Assembly: GCA_052426225.1 (NCBI GenBank)
Contig: JBNJNM010000011.1
Coordinates: 2,232,001 to 2,296,000 of the forward strand
DNA: 64,000 nucleotides
Direction of reading: 5' to 3'
Origin: Zancudomyces culisetae HAW-14-8
Lineage: Eukaryota; Fungi; Kickxellomycota
Both the position numbers and the translations under genes were made by a program. Positions 49,297 to 61,571 of this stretch are shown here, in pieces. Numbering within the stretch: the first letter of the stretch is position 1; every line of letters begins with the position of its first letter. Under the pieces are notes generated by a model that saw nothing but the letters and a program-made list of their open reading frames with translations, searched no databases and was not told the DNA's origin.

Positions 49297-50199
49297 TTTG
49301 CTTTCTGAATATGAACAACACTGATTCAAGCTATTTTGGTCTTTTGGAATGAATCAAACTTTTCTCTCCTAGCAATTGAGTGCGTTTAAGTAGTCTGGTT
49401 GCTGTTTGTATTGATTCAATTGAAGCTGTTTGCTATATTCTCAAAATCTAGTTCCTTTTGCTGCGGAAAAAATTCAGAACATTTCTGGCCATTACAAATC
49501 AATAACCCTAACCATTCAAATCCCATAATGAAAATCACGTTTTCAAATTTTTGGCACCTGACATTGGCTAAATAGACGAGACTGCACTTGCTATTTAGGG
49601 CCATAAAATCAGCACAATTTTCTATTTCTGTCTTGCGACTCTTACAAAAAAATGAAAGAATCATAAAAATGAAACAAGAGTTAATTGAGGCACTCACAAC
49701 AGGAACCAGGATGGAAAATTATATCTTCAACATTTATAAAGCTCAACAAGCATTAGCTCTCCCCTCTCTCTTTTTCTCTTAAGGGTATTTATAAAATGTC
49801 TAGTGGTAAAGAGCAGGCGAGTTACTGGCTACTGACCTAAAAATTCAACTTGATTGGCCTGATATTGGTGCATCTAAACTGGTTGGAACTCCTGCACCAT
49901 TTGCTTATGAAAGCTATTTTCATTTGCTGGCCTGTGTGTGTTTATTTGTGTTCTTATCAGTGGTTTCGGAATTTCACTGCCAAATTGAAATCCCCGAAAT
50001 CGGGTGGCTAAAATAAATATTGGCAAATTGTCACAAAGCAAACTTGTGAAAGCTGATCAGCAAACACCAGCTTAAACCTGAGCAAGCCAGAGTTAATAGT
50101 CAAAACCATAAGCCCGCGATAAGAAAACTGAAAAGCAGTACTAGAAACAGTATATATTTGCCACGCTAAGATATCATAACAATACAGGTATTTTGAAGT

Positions 50200-51316
50200 A
50201 TGATTGTACAAACAAAGAGATCTACTGAAAAGCTCATAAAGCAGGATACACTCCTGTCCTCATCAGAATCCCAGGTTATAAACCCTGAAATATACTTCGA
50301 TGAGAACAAGCCACCAGAAAACCTGACACAAATCAGGGATAACACGATAGAATTCATTAAAAAAAATAAACAGGCCGGAAGACCTATCGTGCTCGTTACT
50401 AGTGGCGGAACTACAGTCCCTTTGGAAAACAACACAGTCCGGTTTATAGATAACTTTAGTGCAGGTACTCGCGGCGCAAGCTCAACAGAAGAATTTTTAA
50501 AAAAAGGCTATGGTGTAATATTTTTGCACAGAAAACATAGTTTACAGCCATTTAACAGACATTACACAGTTCCTGAAAACGGATTTCTCGATTTTTTCAA
50601 TATCGATGAGTCTGGGCGAATTCAAATAAAAGGAAAATACGAAGAAGTAGTCAGAAACGATATTCTTACCTTTACAAACGTTATCTCCACAGGAAAATTG
50701 TACATGCCATACTTCACTACACTCTCAGACTATTTGTTCATCTTGCGAGAGGTAACACTGCTAATGGCGCCAATGAATCAGGACGCTATGTTTTATTTGG
50801 CAGCAGCTGTCAGCGATTTTTTTATTCCAGCAGGTGAAATGGTAGAACACAAGATTCAATCCTCAGATGGTGATCTAATTCTGAAAATGAACCAGGTTCC
50901 CAAGTTTTTACGGCCACTGGTCAACAACTGGGCACCCAAGTCCTTTGTGGTATCATTTAAAGTAAGTGCATATGTTTATTTTAACACAGCTTTTGAGAGT
51001 TTAGTTGGTATGAAAATGGCAATGCTAGACTAAACTGTTGTTGTTTAACCTATGATAGTTGGAAACCGATGAGAGTTATTTGGAGCCCAAAGCAAGGCTG
51101 GCACTGCAAAAATATGGGCATCAGGTTGTTGTGGCAAATATGCTGCACACAAGAAAAAGACAAGTCTGGTTGATCTGTAAGGATGATTTACAAAAAATGG
51201 AGGAAATATGCCTGAGTGACGATGAACTCAACGCAGGCGTTGAGATCGAAGAGTACATTGTTAGCGCTTTGGTGGAAAAACACAGAGTCCACAGATCCTT
51301 TTCAAGCAAGATATGA
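50200..51316 (+). CDS. CAB2: Phosphopantothenate-cysteine ligase (CAB2/PPCS), 2 exons (50200-50961, 51059-51316)
   Basis: VLVTSGGTTVPLENNTVRFIDNFSAGTRGA, YLAAAVSDF, EHKIQS, VSFK|LETD. Confidence 0.95.
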
Positions 51317-53254
51317 GAGTACATTTGATTGTATACCACTTTTCCATTTTTTTTGCTATATTAGAGTTTGTTTTTTTTTCAAGTAGTTTATTCGACGGCT
51401 TTTTCAGTCGAGCACTTGCAATTGATCTTAGTAAATATTATTTACAAACCTAAAAAAAACATGTACTTGTGACTCTTAAATGGCCCATGAGGAGCAAAAA
51501 AGACGAATGTTATGTTTTGATATGTTTGCTCTACTTTTCTTTATTGATATATCCAATACAAGGATTTTGCTGAAGGCCATCTTCATAATACTCTGTACCA
51601 ATGCCTTGATTTGATTCCACATTTTTTCAATTATGTGATTTATCTATAACTTTGTATGGAGACCAATTACTTGTTTTAATATATCTACAAAGAGCTGTGT
51701 GCTGCGCGATAGTTCGTTTTTGATTGGACGTAGATGGTAATTTAATTATTTTTTGTTTTTCCCTATATTTTCAACGATCATGTGGAGAGGGAAGGGAGGA
51801 AGAAAAGAATTGGAATGAAGTTCCTTTCTAGAATAAACCAATTTTACTTGCAAGTGAAGATGTGTTTAATGGTGCTTGTTCAAGATAGGAAAGCGGTAAT
51901 TCTAATAAAACCAACCATTGTGGTACGACCCTCCATCCATTTCCTGCTATACGAGTAAACTGAATTTTTACTAACAAGAATTCCGACTATCTTGCAACTC
52001 TTGCCCAATTTTGTGTATATTTTATGTTTTCCGAAACTAAAGTCTACTTCTTTCGTGCAGATGTTTAATTGTTATTGGGTTATGAAGCACAAATGTATAT
52101 TGTTGCTATCTAATGTAAACTGGATACACAGTACGAAATGGCGAAAAAGTAAAAATCATAGCCTATAGCATGATGAGTAAACGCTTCTTTCTGGAATCAA
52201 AATGACTACTTAGAGAAACCAAAAATAATAATAAAAAAACCAGAACTCGTGGTTGCTTACCAAACATTTGAAAATTGTCTTTTATATACGTGTTTATACC
52301 CAGGTGCATGAACAACCATGAATAGCCGTAAAAGATATATACGGTGACGGGTGCAGCAAAATTGGAGCAGGTCAAACTGGTCATCCACGTATTAAATCCA
52401 ATTAGAACAAACATGCCCCACTAGTCGTATAGGTATACTCTAGTTTTTTATTTTATGTGTTTTACCAGTATATTATCTGCTTTTCTTTTGGTGTTGTTAC
52501 CGGGTAAAATACACGAATAAGTTCAAATTATGTTTAAGGCATCATACTTTATATACTGTCATTTCTAACACTGTGGGCCGCACGTACTGTAGTGTTATTA
52601 TCATTCGCCTAAACTGAGTTTGGGATAAAAGTTTTGATGCAAGAGACCCGAATCTAGACATTTTATTCTCTTTTTTTCTGTGCTGATAGGAAGTACTGCT
52701 TCCTTTTTTGCTTTACATTCAACACCAAAAATCTTTAAAGAGGGGGGAATGTGTATTGGTAATTTTAAATCTTGATTCAAACGCACAGTATTCTCAGCTT
52801 TGTAGTATTTTCTATTTATTTCAGCAGTTATACTTATAAGTATATATATCCACAGATGGTAGAACTATAATCATTAACATTATTCAATTAGACAAATATT
52901 TACATCACTAGTTTGTATTATTAAGATACTTAAGCTATTAGATGCAAAATACAAGTATTGATGATACCCGTTTAACTGAAAATTAAAACAAAGAAAAGGA
53001 TCAATATTTGCCCTTGAGCTTATCAAGGTTGCTGGGAAGAAGACTTTGAATATATTCAAACTAAAAATCACAATCACAATCATTCAGATACACTGGATAC
53101 ACGAAACAATATATACTACAGTTATTGATTTGATCGGATTAAGATTAAACAACGAATACTCAAACACTAGGCTTTATAAGCAACCACACACAAACTGTAA
53201 AATAACGCTTTTTCCGTTGTTAAATTTCCATAATATACCAGTATTTCTATAAAA

Positions 53255-54400
53255 ATGTACATATTAACAACAGAAAGAACTAAAACAAACAAACGAAGAT
53301 ACAACAGCATTCGTATCTTTATAGGCACAGTAGTAATACTTACAATTACAGTATTGGTGTGTAGTGTAGTATTCGTTTTATCAAAGCAAAAGAATGATTC
53401 AAAACCCAAGGAAAAAGAGTCTCTGAAAGATGCACGAGTGGTTGGAGGTGTAGTAGTTGAAAAAAACGAATTTCCAGCAACAGCCTTCCTGCGGATATCC
53501 ATGAACAATCAAAGATTCCAATGTGGAGCAACTATAATATCAGATTTGTTTGTTGTTACAGCTGCACACTGTATACTTCCGTTAAATAAACCTGTGACTG
53601 TGGATCAGCTAAAAATTGGATATGGAAGTCCAAATGTTGATAAAATGCAATGGGTGGGTGTTAGTGCTGTTTTTATTCATCCAGATTTTGATAAAATCAA
53701 GATTGTGGTAAGTTATATAATATATATAAATACAGAATATTTGACGCATGTTTTAGCGAGTTACACACACACAAAAAAAAGACAAAAAGGATTTAACTAA
53801 TTCAAATGTCTTATATATTAAAAATAGAATGATATTGCATTGTTAAAAGTTGACAAGGCGTTCGAGTTTAGCGACAATGTTAAGAGAGCAAAGATAGATC
53901 TTATAAAGGTAGAGAACAATGATGTCGTAACGGCTGTAGGATGGGGGATCAAAAATAACAACGAAACAAATGGGTCAGATGTACTCAACAAAGTAGATTT
54001 GATGGTTAAGGACCCGAAAATTTGCGAGCCGGCACGGGCAAACTTTGCTAACAATAACGAGGACTATATATGTATAGCAAATGGTGAAAAAGGAAAGGAT
54101 ACATGTTATGGAGATTCGGGTGGTCCAGTATATTCTCGGTCGCAAGACGAAAAATATAATCTGTTGCTGGGGTTAACCAGCTATGGTGAAACAGCAAGCA
54201 ACAAAAAGAGCGACATTTACAGACCTCTATGTGCGGTTTCAGATACATTTGGGTTTTACACTAGAGTTGGGTATTACATCGACTTTATCGCTGCACTCAC
54301 AAATAACAAAAGGGATTATTACACAATAGATCAAACGAAATCTACTCGAGGCATATTGAACAAATACAATTCAGCAGAGAGTGCAATTATTATAATGTAA
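53255..54400 (+). CDS. Trypsin-like S1 serine protease with an N-terminal signal-anchor, 2 exons (53255-53707, 53828-54400)
   Basis: R-VVGG activation site; TAAHC, NDIALL and GDSGGP triad motifs; S1-pocket Asp in KDTCYGDS; hydrophobic IFIGTVVILTITVLVCSVVFVL after basic residues. Confidence 0.93.
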
Positions 54401-54517
54401 TCTAGTTTTAGCGTTTAGATTTAGAATTAGTCTGACATGTAGAGTTAGTGTAAAGGGTGGTTATCAAGTCTATGAAATCTACAATCTTGGTTAGTTTACT
54501 TTTATTTTTTCATTTAC

Positions 54518-54588
54518 AGTTTCCATTTAGTTTTCCATTTAGTTTTCCATTTAGTTTTCCATTTAGTTTTCCATTTAGTTTTCCATTT
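54518..54588. repeat. 12-bp minisatellite (AGTTTTCCATTT) x5 plus one degenerate copy
   Basis: Perfect units at 54529-54588; an 11-nt variant at 54518-54528. Confidence 0.9.
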
Positions 54589-55270
54589 ACATCTCATATT
54601 GTTGCAATATTGTAATAAAGAGCATAATTAGACACGTGGTGGCAAGCGAAAATAGAGAATAGACCGAAAATGTTGAAATATTTTGATGGTGAGAAGAGGA
54701 ATATGCGAAAAATATGTGCTTGAATAAACCAAGGTAATTCTGAATGGGGCAAGTCTTACTAATCAAGATTGTCAACATATTTAAATTAGTAATCATTGCC
54801 ATATCTTACAGTCAGTTAGATTGAAACAATGACACAAAATAGTTTTTTTTGGGTGAGAAATGAGGAGAGTGAAATAATGGTATTTGGAGATGGTTTGACG
54901 AAAACAATAGAACGTCGATGTGTACAAAAGTGAATTTCGCGTATCTCGTGTTTCTATTGGCCAGATGAAAAGTGGGACAATATATTGGTTCAATTGCTGC
55001 GGCGTGTTAAATTTGGTTACAACTGTGTGGCTGGCGGCGAAGGATAGTTTTCTCGCCAAGTGGGACATCTAGGATGGGTTTTAAGGGCTAGCAATGAGCA
55101 GATGACCAAGTACATACTGATGGCGTGCATTTTTTAAAAAAAAAGTTGGAAAAGTAGGATGGCGGGTTTTTTGGGGTACTAGAATCTGGTATGGTGCAAA
55201 CCGGTATTTGTACTTGAATATGAAAATCCATTGATTTTTTATATTTGACAAAGAATGTCTAAGCAAAGTC

Positions 55271-55390
55271 AAAGCAAAAGCCAAAGCAAAAGCCAAAGCA
55301 AAAGCCAAAGCAAAAGCCAAAGCAAAAGCCAAAGCAAAAGCCAAAGCAAAAGCCAAAGCAAAAGCCAAAGCAAAAGCCAAAGCAAAAGCA
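55271..55390. repeat. 12-bp minisatellite (AAAGCAAAAGCC) x9 plus a near-perfect tenth copy
   Basis: Perfect units at 55271-55378, lying inside ATG-initiated ORF 55255-55527 (SKSQ repeats). Confidence 0.92.
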
Positions 55391-55972
55391 AAAAAAAGAA
55401 TTGGGTTGAAAAAAAAAGTAAATATGTCAATCCAATAAACAATATTCCCACATTTATTATAAATAAAAAATATATAAAAAATACCAGGTATAAACATGTA
55501 GATCCTCAATTTAAGAACGGAATCTGATAGAACTTTGATATTATTGATTGACTTTGTTTTGTATTAGACGTAATTTTGGCTAAAGAGCGTAAAAAATAAA
55601 ACAAGCGCAGCTAAAAACTGCATTCTTGCATCCTAACATGGCCATAAAATAAACAATAAATCACAAATATGAGATAATTTGGAAAAAGGCAGACGAATAA
55701 AAAAAATTTTTTTTTTCAGCCCAATTCAAGTGAGCTTTGCTAGAAAATCAATTACTAATGGCAAGCAGAAATGGACTTTTGCTAGAGCAAACCAAGTGGT
55801 GGCAGCAATACAAAGCCAAACCAGTACTACCAATTCAGGCAAAATAAAAAACACAAATAAAACGGGGATAAATAAACGGCAAACTGTTTTCTTTTACTTG
55901 AATATTGTAGAACATATAAAAATAAGGTTGTGGAATAACGTTTAAACACTTTGGAACAAAAGTACCAAGAAA

Positions 55973-58489
55973 ATGTACGTGCTAAAGAGAGACGGAAAGA
56001 GTGAGAGGGTGCAGTTTGATAAAATCACAAAGAGAATAAGCCATTTGTGCAATGGCCTGGACGCAGACTTTGTTGACGCAGCAGCAATAGCACAAAAGGT
56101 GATTATGGGTGTGTACCAAGGAGTAACCACCGTAGAGCTGGACAACTTGGCAGCCGAAACAGCGGCCACAATGACAGTGCAGCACCCAGATTACGCAGTT
56201 TTGGCAGCAAGGTTGGCAATCAGCAACCTGCAAAAGGAGACAGATCCAAAGTTTTCAGAGTGCGCGAAAAAGCTGTATGAATACACAAATGAAAAGACGG
56301 GCAAGCACCAGCCACTGATTTCAAAACAGCTGTGGGAGCTTATTCAAAAGAACGCCAAGACCATTGATGAAGCAGTTGTAGATTCCAGAGATTTTGGATA
56401 CAACTATTTCGGTTTCAAAACACTCGAGCGCTCATACTTGTTGAGAGTAAACGGCAAAGTGGTAGAGAGACCACAGTATCTTTTGATGAGGGTGAGTCTT
56501 GGAATACACGGAGAGGACATTGAGGCAGCAATAGAAACATATAACATGATGTCGCAGCGGCTATTTACACATGCATCACCAACACTATTTAACTCGGGAA
56601 CAAACCGGCCACAACTCTCATCGTGCTTTTTGCTGGCAATGAGTGATGATAGCATAGAGGGTATCTATGATACACTAAAGCAGTGTGCCATGATATCAAA
56701 ATCAGCAGGTGGAATTGGATTGAGTGTACACAACATCAGAGCCACAGGATCTTACATTGCAGGAACAAATGGAACATCTAATGGAGTAGTACCAATGCTG
56801 CGTGTATTCAACCAGACTGCCAGATATGTTGACCAGGGTGGAAACAAGAGACCAGGTGCATTTGCTATATATTTGGAGCCATGGCACGCAGATGTGTTTG
56901 ATTTCCTTAGTCTGAAGAAGAATCACGGTAAGGAAGAGAACCGCGCACGTGATTTGTTCTATGGAATGTGGATTCCCGATCTGTTCATGAAGCGAGTTTT
57001 GGAAAACGGAGAATGGTCTCTATTTTGCCCACATGAGGCGCCAAATCTCTCAGAGGTGTGGGGGGATGAGTTTGAGAAGCTGTACACAAAATATGAAAAT
57101 ACACCAGGACTCGCCAGAAAGAGAGTACCAGCTCAACAACTGTGGTATGCAATTTTAGATTCACAAATAGAAACAGGCACGCCATACATGTTGTACAAAG
57201 ACGCGTGCAACAGCAAGTCAAACCAACAGAACCTGGGCACAATAAAGAGCAGCAACTTGTGTACGGAGATAGTGGAATACACTGCACCTGACGAAGTGGC
57301 TGTGTGTAATTTGGCATCAATAGCACTTCCGTCATTTGTGCGTCCTAATGCTGTTAGACGCCCACAGGCTAGTGATGGTAGCAATGAAAATGGAACTCCG
57401 GCCTTTGGAGTATTTGACAAGAATGACTATGACTTTGCAGCACTCCACGCGGTGGCTAAAAGAGTAGCCAAAAATCTCGACAAGATTATTGACGTCAACT
57501 ATTATCCAGTAGTAGAGGCAGCAAATTCCAACAAACGCAACCGACCAATTGGTATTGGGGTGCAGGGATTGGCAGATGCGTTTTTGATGTTGAGGCTTCC
57601 ATTTGAGTCTGAGGGAGCAAGGGAGCTGAACTTGTTGATCTTTGAAACCCTGTATCACGCAGCACTAGAAGCATCATGCGAACTTGCCGAAATCCATGGA
57701 CCATATCCTACTTATGAAGGAAGCCCTGTCAGCAAAGGTAACTTGCAGATGGATATGTGGGGAGTTACACCAACCAACTTGTGGGATTGGGACTCGCTTC
57801 GCCAAAAGATCGCTAAACACGGTGTGCGCAACTCCTTGCTGATGGCACCTATGCCTACTGCATCAACCTCACAGATTCTCGGATTTAATGAGTGCTTTGA
57901 GCCATACACCAGCAACATATACACCCGCCGTGTATTGGCTGGTGAGTTCCAGGTGGTAAACCCTTGGCTACTGAAGGATCTAATCGACCGCAAGCTATGG
58001 TCTGACGATATGCGCCAGTCCATTATTGCCCACAACGGCTCGATACAAAGCATTGCTGAAATCCCTGCCGATCTGAAACAGCTGTACAAAACTGTCTATG
58101 AAATCAAGCAGAAATCCGTTTTGGATTTGGCTGCCGATCGTGGTGCCTTTATTGACCAGTCACAATCTCTGAACATTCACATGGACAATCCAAACTACCA
58201 AAAACTGACAAGTATGCATTTCTACGGCTGGAAAAAGGGTCTCAAGACCGGTATGTACTATTTGCGCACCAAACCTGCTGCTGATGCAATCAAATTTACT
58301 ATTGATTCCTCCAAACTCAAAGCAGCAAAATCGACAACTGGCATCACAGCTTCTGCCAGCACCACTGGCGATGCTGCCGGAACCTCTCTTGAAGACGGTT
58401 CTGCAAACGCTGATGAGGATGATGAGCTGAATTCCGGTGCTGCATGCTCACGTGACAATCCTGAGGGATGCTTGATGTGCTCAGGATAA
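55973..58489 (+). CDS. RNR1: Ribonucleotide reductase large subunit (class Ia)
   Basis: ATP cone MYVLKRDG; THASPTLFN; QLSSCFL; SSNLCTEI; VCNLAS; [11 protein letters not shown]; [11 protein letters not shown]; C-terminal CLMCSG. Confidence 0.98.
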   Translation: MYVLKRDGKSERVQFDKITKRISHLCNGLDADFVDAAAIAQKVIMGVYQGVTTVELDNLAAETAATMTVQHPDYAVLAARLAISNLQKETDPKFSECAKKLYEYTNEKTGKHQPLISKQLWELIQKNAKTIDEAVVDSRDFGYNYFGFKTLERSYLLRVNGKVVERPQYLLMRVSLGIHGEDIEAAIETYNMMSQRLFTHASPTLFNSGTNRPQLSSCFLLAMSDDSIEGIYDTLKQCAMISKSAGGIGLSVHNIRATGSYIAGTNGTSNGVVPMLRVFNQTARYVDQGGNKRPGAFAIYLEPWHADVFDFLSLKKNHGKEENRARDLFYGMWIPDLFMKRVLENGEWSLFCPHEAPNLSEVWGDEFEKLYTKYENTPGLARKRVPAQQLWYAILDSQIETGTPYMLYKDACNSKSNQQNLGTIKSSNLCTEIVEYTAPDEVAVCNLASIALPSFVRPNAVRRPQASDGSNENGTPAFGVFDKNDYDFAALHAVAKRVAKNLDKIIDVNYYPVVEAANSNKRNRPIGIGVQGLADAFLMLRLPFESEGARELNLLIFETLYHAALEASCELAEIHGPYPTYEGSPVSKGNLQMDMWGVTPTNLWDWDSLRQKIAKHGVRNSLLMAPMPTASTSQILGFNECFEPYTSNIYTRRVLAGEFQVVNPWLLKDLIDRKLWSDDMRQSIIAHNGSIQSIAEIPADLKQLYKTVYEIKQKSVLDLAADRGAFIDQSQSLNIHMDNPNYQKLTSMHFYGWKKGLKTGMYYLRTKPAADAIKFTIDSSKLKAAKSTTGITASASTTGDAAGTSLEDGSANADEDDELNSGAACSRDNPEGCLMCSG

Positions 58490-58752
58490 TTTAGTTTAGT
58501 ATAAAAAGTTTTTTGTTTCATTATAATTTTTGTTTTATTATCGTATATATACTTAATATCTTGTTTTAACAATACACTGTATTCGGCTAAATCTTATTGC
58601 GCTGTTGTAGTTATATTTCCTGTTTGAAGCTGAATTTGGGTTTGGGTTTGGATTATACATATTTACAAAACTAACAATTTTAAACACATTTGAATAATGG
58701 TGAAATAAGAAAAGAAAAAAAAGACAAAATAGATTTATAAACAAACATATTG

Positions 58753-61240
58753 TTAGTTTTGGGTTTGATTTTGAGACTCCATCTTTTTCCGCAGCTTGTC
58801 AGTCTTCTTTTTGCCGGGTTTGATTCCATGGAACTGATGTGCAAAATGTTTGAATGCTTGTTTTTGATTCAGTTTGTTTCCATGTTCATCATGATACTCT
58901 AACACGAATGTCGGTTTGTAATCCTTCATGAGTTGCTCCCGAAGCTTCAAGTAGTCTTGTTCGAGCTTCTTCTTACCGCCGCCTGAGTTGGCGTTGGCTG
59001 TTTTTAGATCCATCATCCGTTTTTTGACCATCAATAACCACTGCGTCTTTTCATCCATTTTTTCATATCCCTGTGAATCTTCACCTTCGCGAGAAAGTAG
59101 ACCCTTTTTGGCTGAGTTTGATGGTCCAGTTGTTACCAGTCCTTTTGATTTAAGCAGCTTGAGAGTTTCAGTTATTCCTTTTCCTACCAGCGGCTCATTT
59201 GCAATTTTATCCTCGTTATCACCACCATTGTCCTGTCCAGTACCATTGGAATTGCTTTTTCTATCACTGACATCCTCTACTCCCTCCATTTCGGTCGTTA
59301 AACTATTTTCTGCGTTATTTCCGCCTTTTATTTCGTCCTGCTCTCCGGTTTCATTCGCACGCTTGTGCTCCCGTTCTAGTTCATGCCCATGTGCACCTTC
59401 CTCCTCTTCATCCTGCATCATCATCTCACTGTCATCTCCGTTTTCCCCTCCAAGTCGGTTAATAAATTCAGTAAACGCCGATATCTCAATAACCCCGTCT
59501 TCTTCGCCATCTCCTCCATCTTCACGATTTTCCACCTCCATTGCCGATGTTGGCGACCCTGTATGTACATCCGCTATATTGGCAATTCTATCAATGTTCA
59601 GCTTATACTCGACCTTTTGCCTTGCGGCTTTGGATATCGCTCTTCTTAACTCGTCATCATCGTTGTCGTAATCATCGTAGTCATTCTCTCCTCCATTTTC
59701 GTTTCCGTAGAGTTTTCCTATCTTTCCTTCTCCCTTCAACCCGCCAATGGCATCTATATTTACACCCTCCTCAACGGTTGCTGACCTTTGTTTTGCGCCT
59801 CTGCTTTTTCCTGTTCCACTATCATTTTTTCGTTCGCTTTTCTTTCCTCTTTTTTTACCTTTGTTAAAAAACTTTTTGTTGGCTTCCTCAACGCTCATAT
59901 ATTCACTTCCTGTCTCTGCTCGCCTTCCTACCCCCATTCCACCCATACCAGCGTCGTTGTCTACATCCATATCAACTTTGATCCGCTTGATGCCTCCATG
60001 CGTACTTTCGCTTTCCTTTTCCAATTTTTCGACTTTTACCTCCCCTCCTTCTCCCAACACCATCCTTCGCTTTTTTTTCGCTTTACTTTCCTCGCTCCCA
60101 CCAAGTGTTGTTCCTATTCTCATTTCCTCTTCATCGTCTTCCTCTTCGCTCTCATTATCCCCCTCTAAATACGCACTCAGCATTGCCATTCTATCCTTGT
60201 TTTGTTTTCTCTTTAAATATTTAGCCAATTTCTTCTCTTCTGCTATCCTTACACTCTGTAGCTTTTCACCTTGCTCTAAATCGCCATCACAAGTATTATT
60301 AGCATTGTATTTGATTATTAAAATTATCTTTGGTCTATCCATTTTCCTGCTGTTTCCAGCATAAAACGAAAAAGAATAATAATCAAATAGGATTATGAAT
60401 ACAATACTTTACCCTCCAATTCGTCAATGGTTTGATCCATAAAAGTCAGAATCTCCTCCTCGCCCTCCTTTATATCTCTGGTCGAATGAGCTACCTCCAT
60501 TCCTTGCAGGTTTTCTATTCAAATGTTTTGTTTATATTACTACCATTTTACCAAAAGTACTTATATTGTTATGTAAACCCATATATACAAACCAAAATAC
60601 TGAATATCTTACTTGACGAATACTCATCCATCCTATTTTTGCTTTTATTTTCTTTTTTTCGCTTTTCTCGCATTCGCGTACGCTCTTGTTCTTTTTCCCT
60701 CTGCTCCCGCTCCTTAGTTCTCTTAACCCATTCCAATGCGCTCAGCTCCGTCTCTTCCTCTTCACCCTCCTCATTTACCGTTCCTCGCTCGAGCTCAGCT
60801 ATCCCTTTCCCCGTCAATTTCTTATTGCTCTCCCTCTTTTCCTTGGATCTAAATTACAAAATTCAATTCATTTAATAAAGCTTGTTATTTTCACTTTACC
60901 ACCATTGTATGCTCTTTTTATCCTTCTATACATAAATTATTCAAATATTATCTTGCTTACTTTGTTATTCTTTCCAAAATCTTCTGATCCTCATTTTTCT
61001 GCTTTTCTTCCTCTTGATGTTTTATGTAATTTTCCTGAGCAACTTGGTCTTTAGTTCCACTTTCTTTCCCCTCTTTTAGCGGCTTTAAGCCGAGTGAGAT
61101 TCGTAATTTGCTATTTTACAAATACATTGGAAGAATACCAATAAATGGTTTTATCTGCTTGTGCTCATCTACATACTCTTTAGGATTGATAAAGCTACTT
61201 ACTTTGTCTCTTCTATAGACAGTGATATTTCATTCGACAT
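58753..61240 (-). CDS. SNU66: U4/U6.U5 tri-snRNP protein SART1/Snu66, about 5 exons
   Basis: HIND motif MSNEISLSIEETN|KLRISLGLKPL reconstructed across an intron; MEVAHS..ILTFMD; EPLVGKGITETLKLL; YKPTFVLEYHDEHG..KQAFKHFAHQFHGIKPGKKK. Confidence 0.92.
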
Positions 61241-61571
61241 TTTAGATGTTTGTCCCTTATTTTTATAAATTATAATTTATTAAACCCGTTTATATATAAT
61301 TGACATTATATATTTCAAATTGCTATTTGCGCTAATTTTTCTTAAAACTGGGTCTTGCTTTTCTGAAATAGTGTTACCTTTCTTGGAAATTATTTTATTT
61401 GATCCATCTTCAATTTAGCTTTTAGCATAAAATAATATCAGAAATATACAGCACAGAAAAAAAAAACGAAATAAACGAAAAAAAAAGCTTTACATAGTCC
61501 TAAAATATCAACTACATAAATCTAACATTGTTCTAGTAGCACGCCTACAGACTTTTGTAGTTTCACGCGCT

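Noticed and set aside
49797-49812. GTCTAGTGGTAA resembling a tRNA D-arm/A-box
   Set aside because: No T-arm GTTCRA or acceptor stem at the right distance.
54518-55390. CRISPR-like array or transposon ends
   Set aside because: The repeats are contiguous without spacers and unrelated to each other; there are no TIRs or transposase.
55081-55509. Minus-strand (ALAF)n and (LLLW)n hydrophobic ORFs
   Set aside because: These are by-products of the stop-free 12-bp repeat.
58988-60364. Long Ser/Phe-rich plus-strand ORFs (likewise 78-674 and 16159-16824 on minus)
   Set aside because: These are antisense shadows of Glu/Lys-rich real genes.
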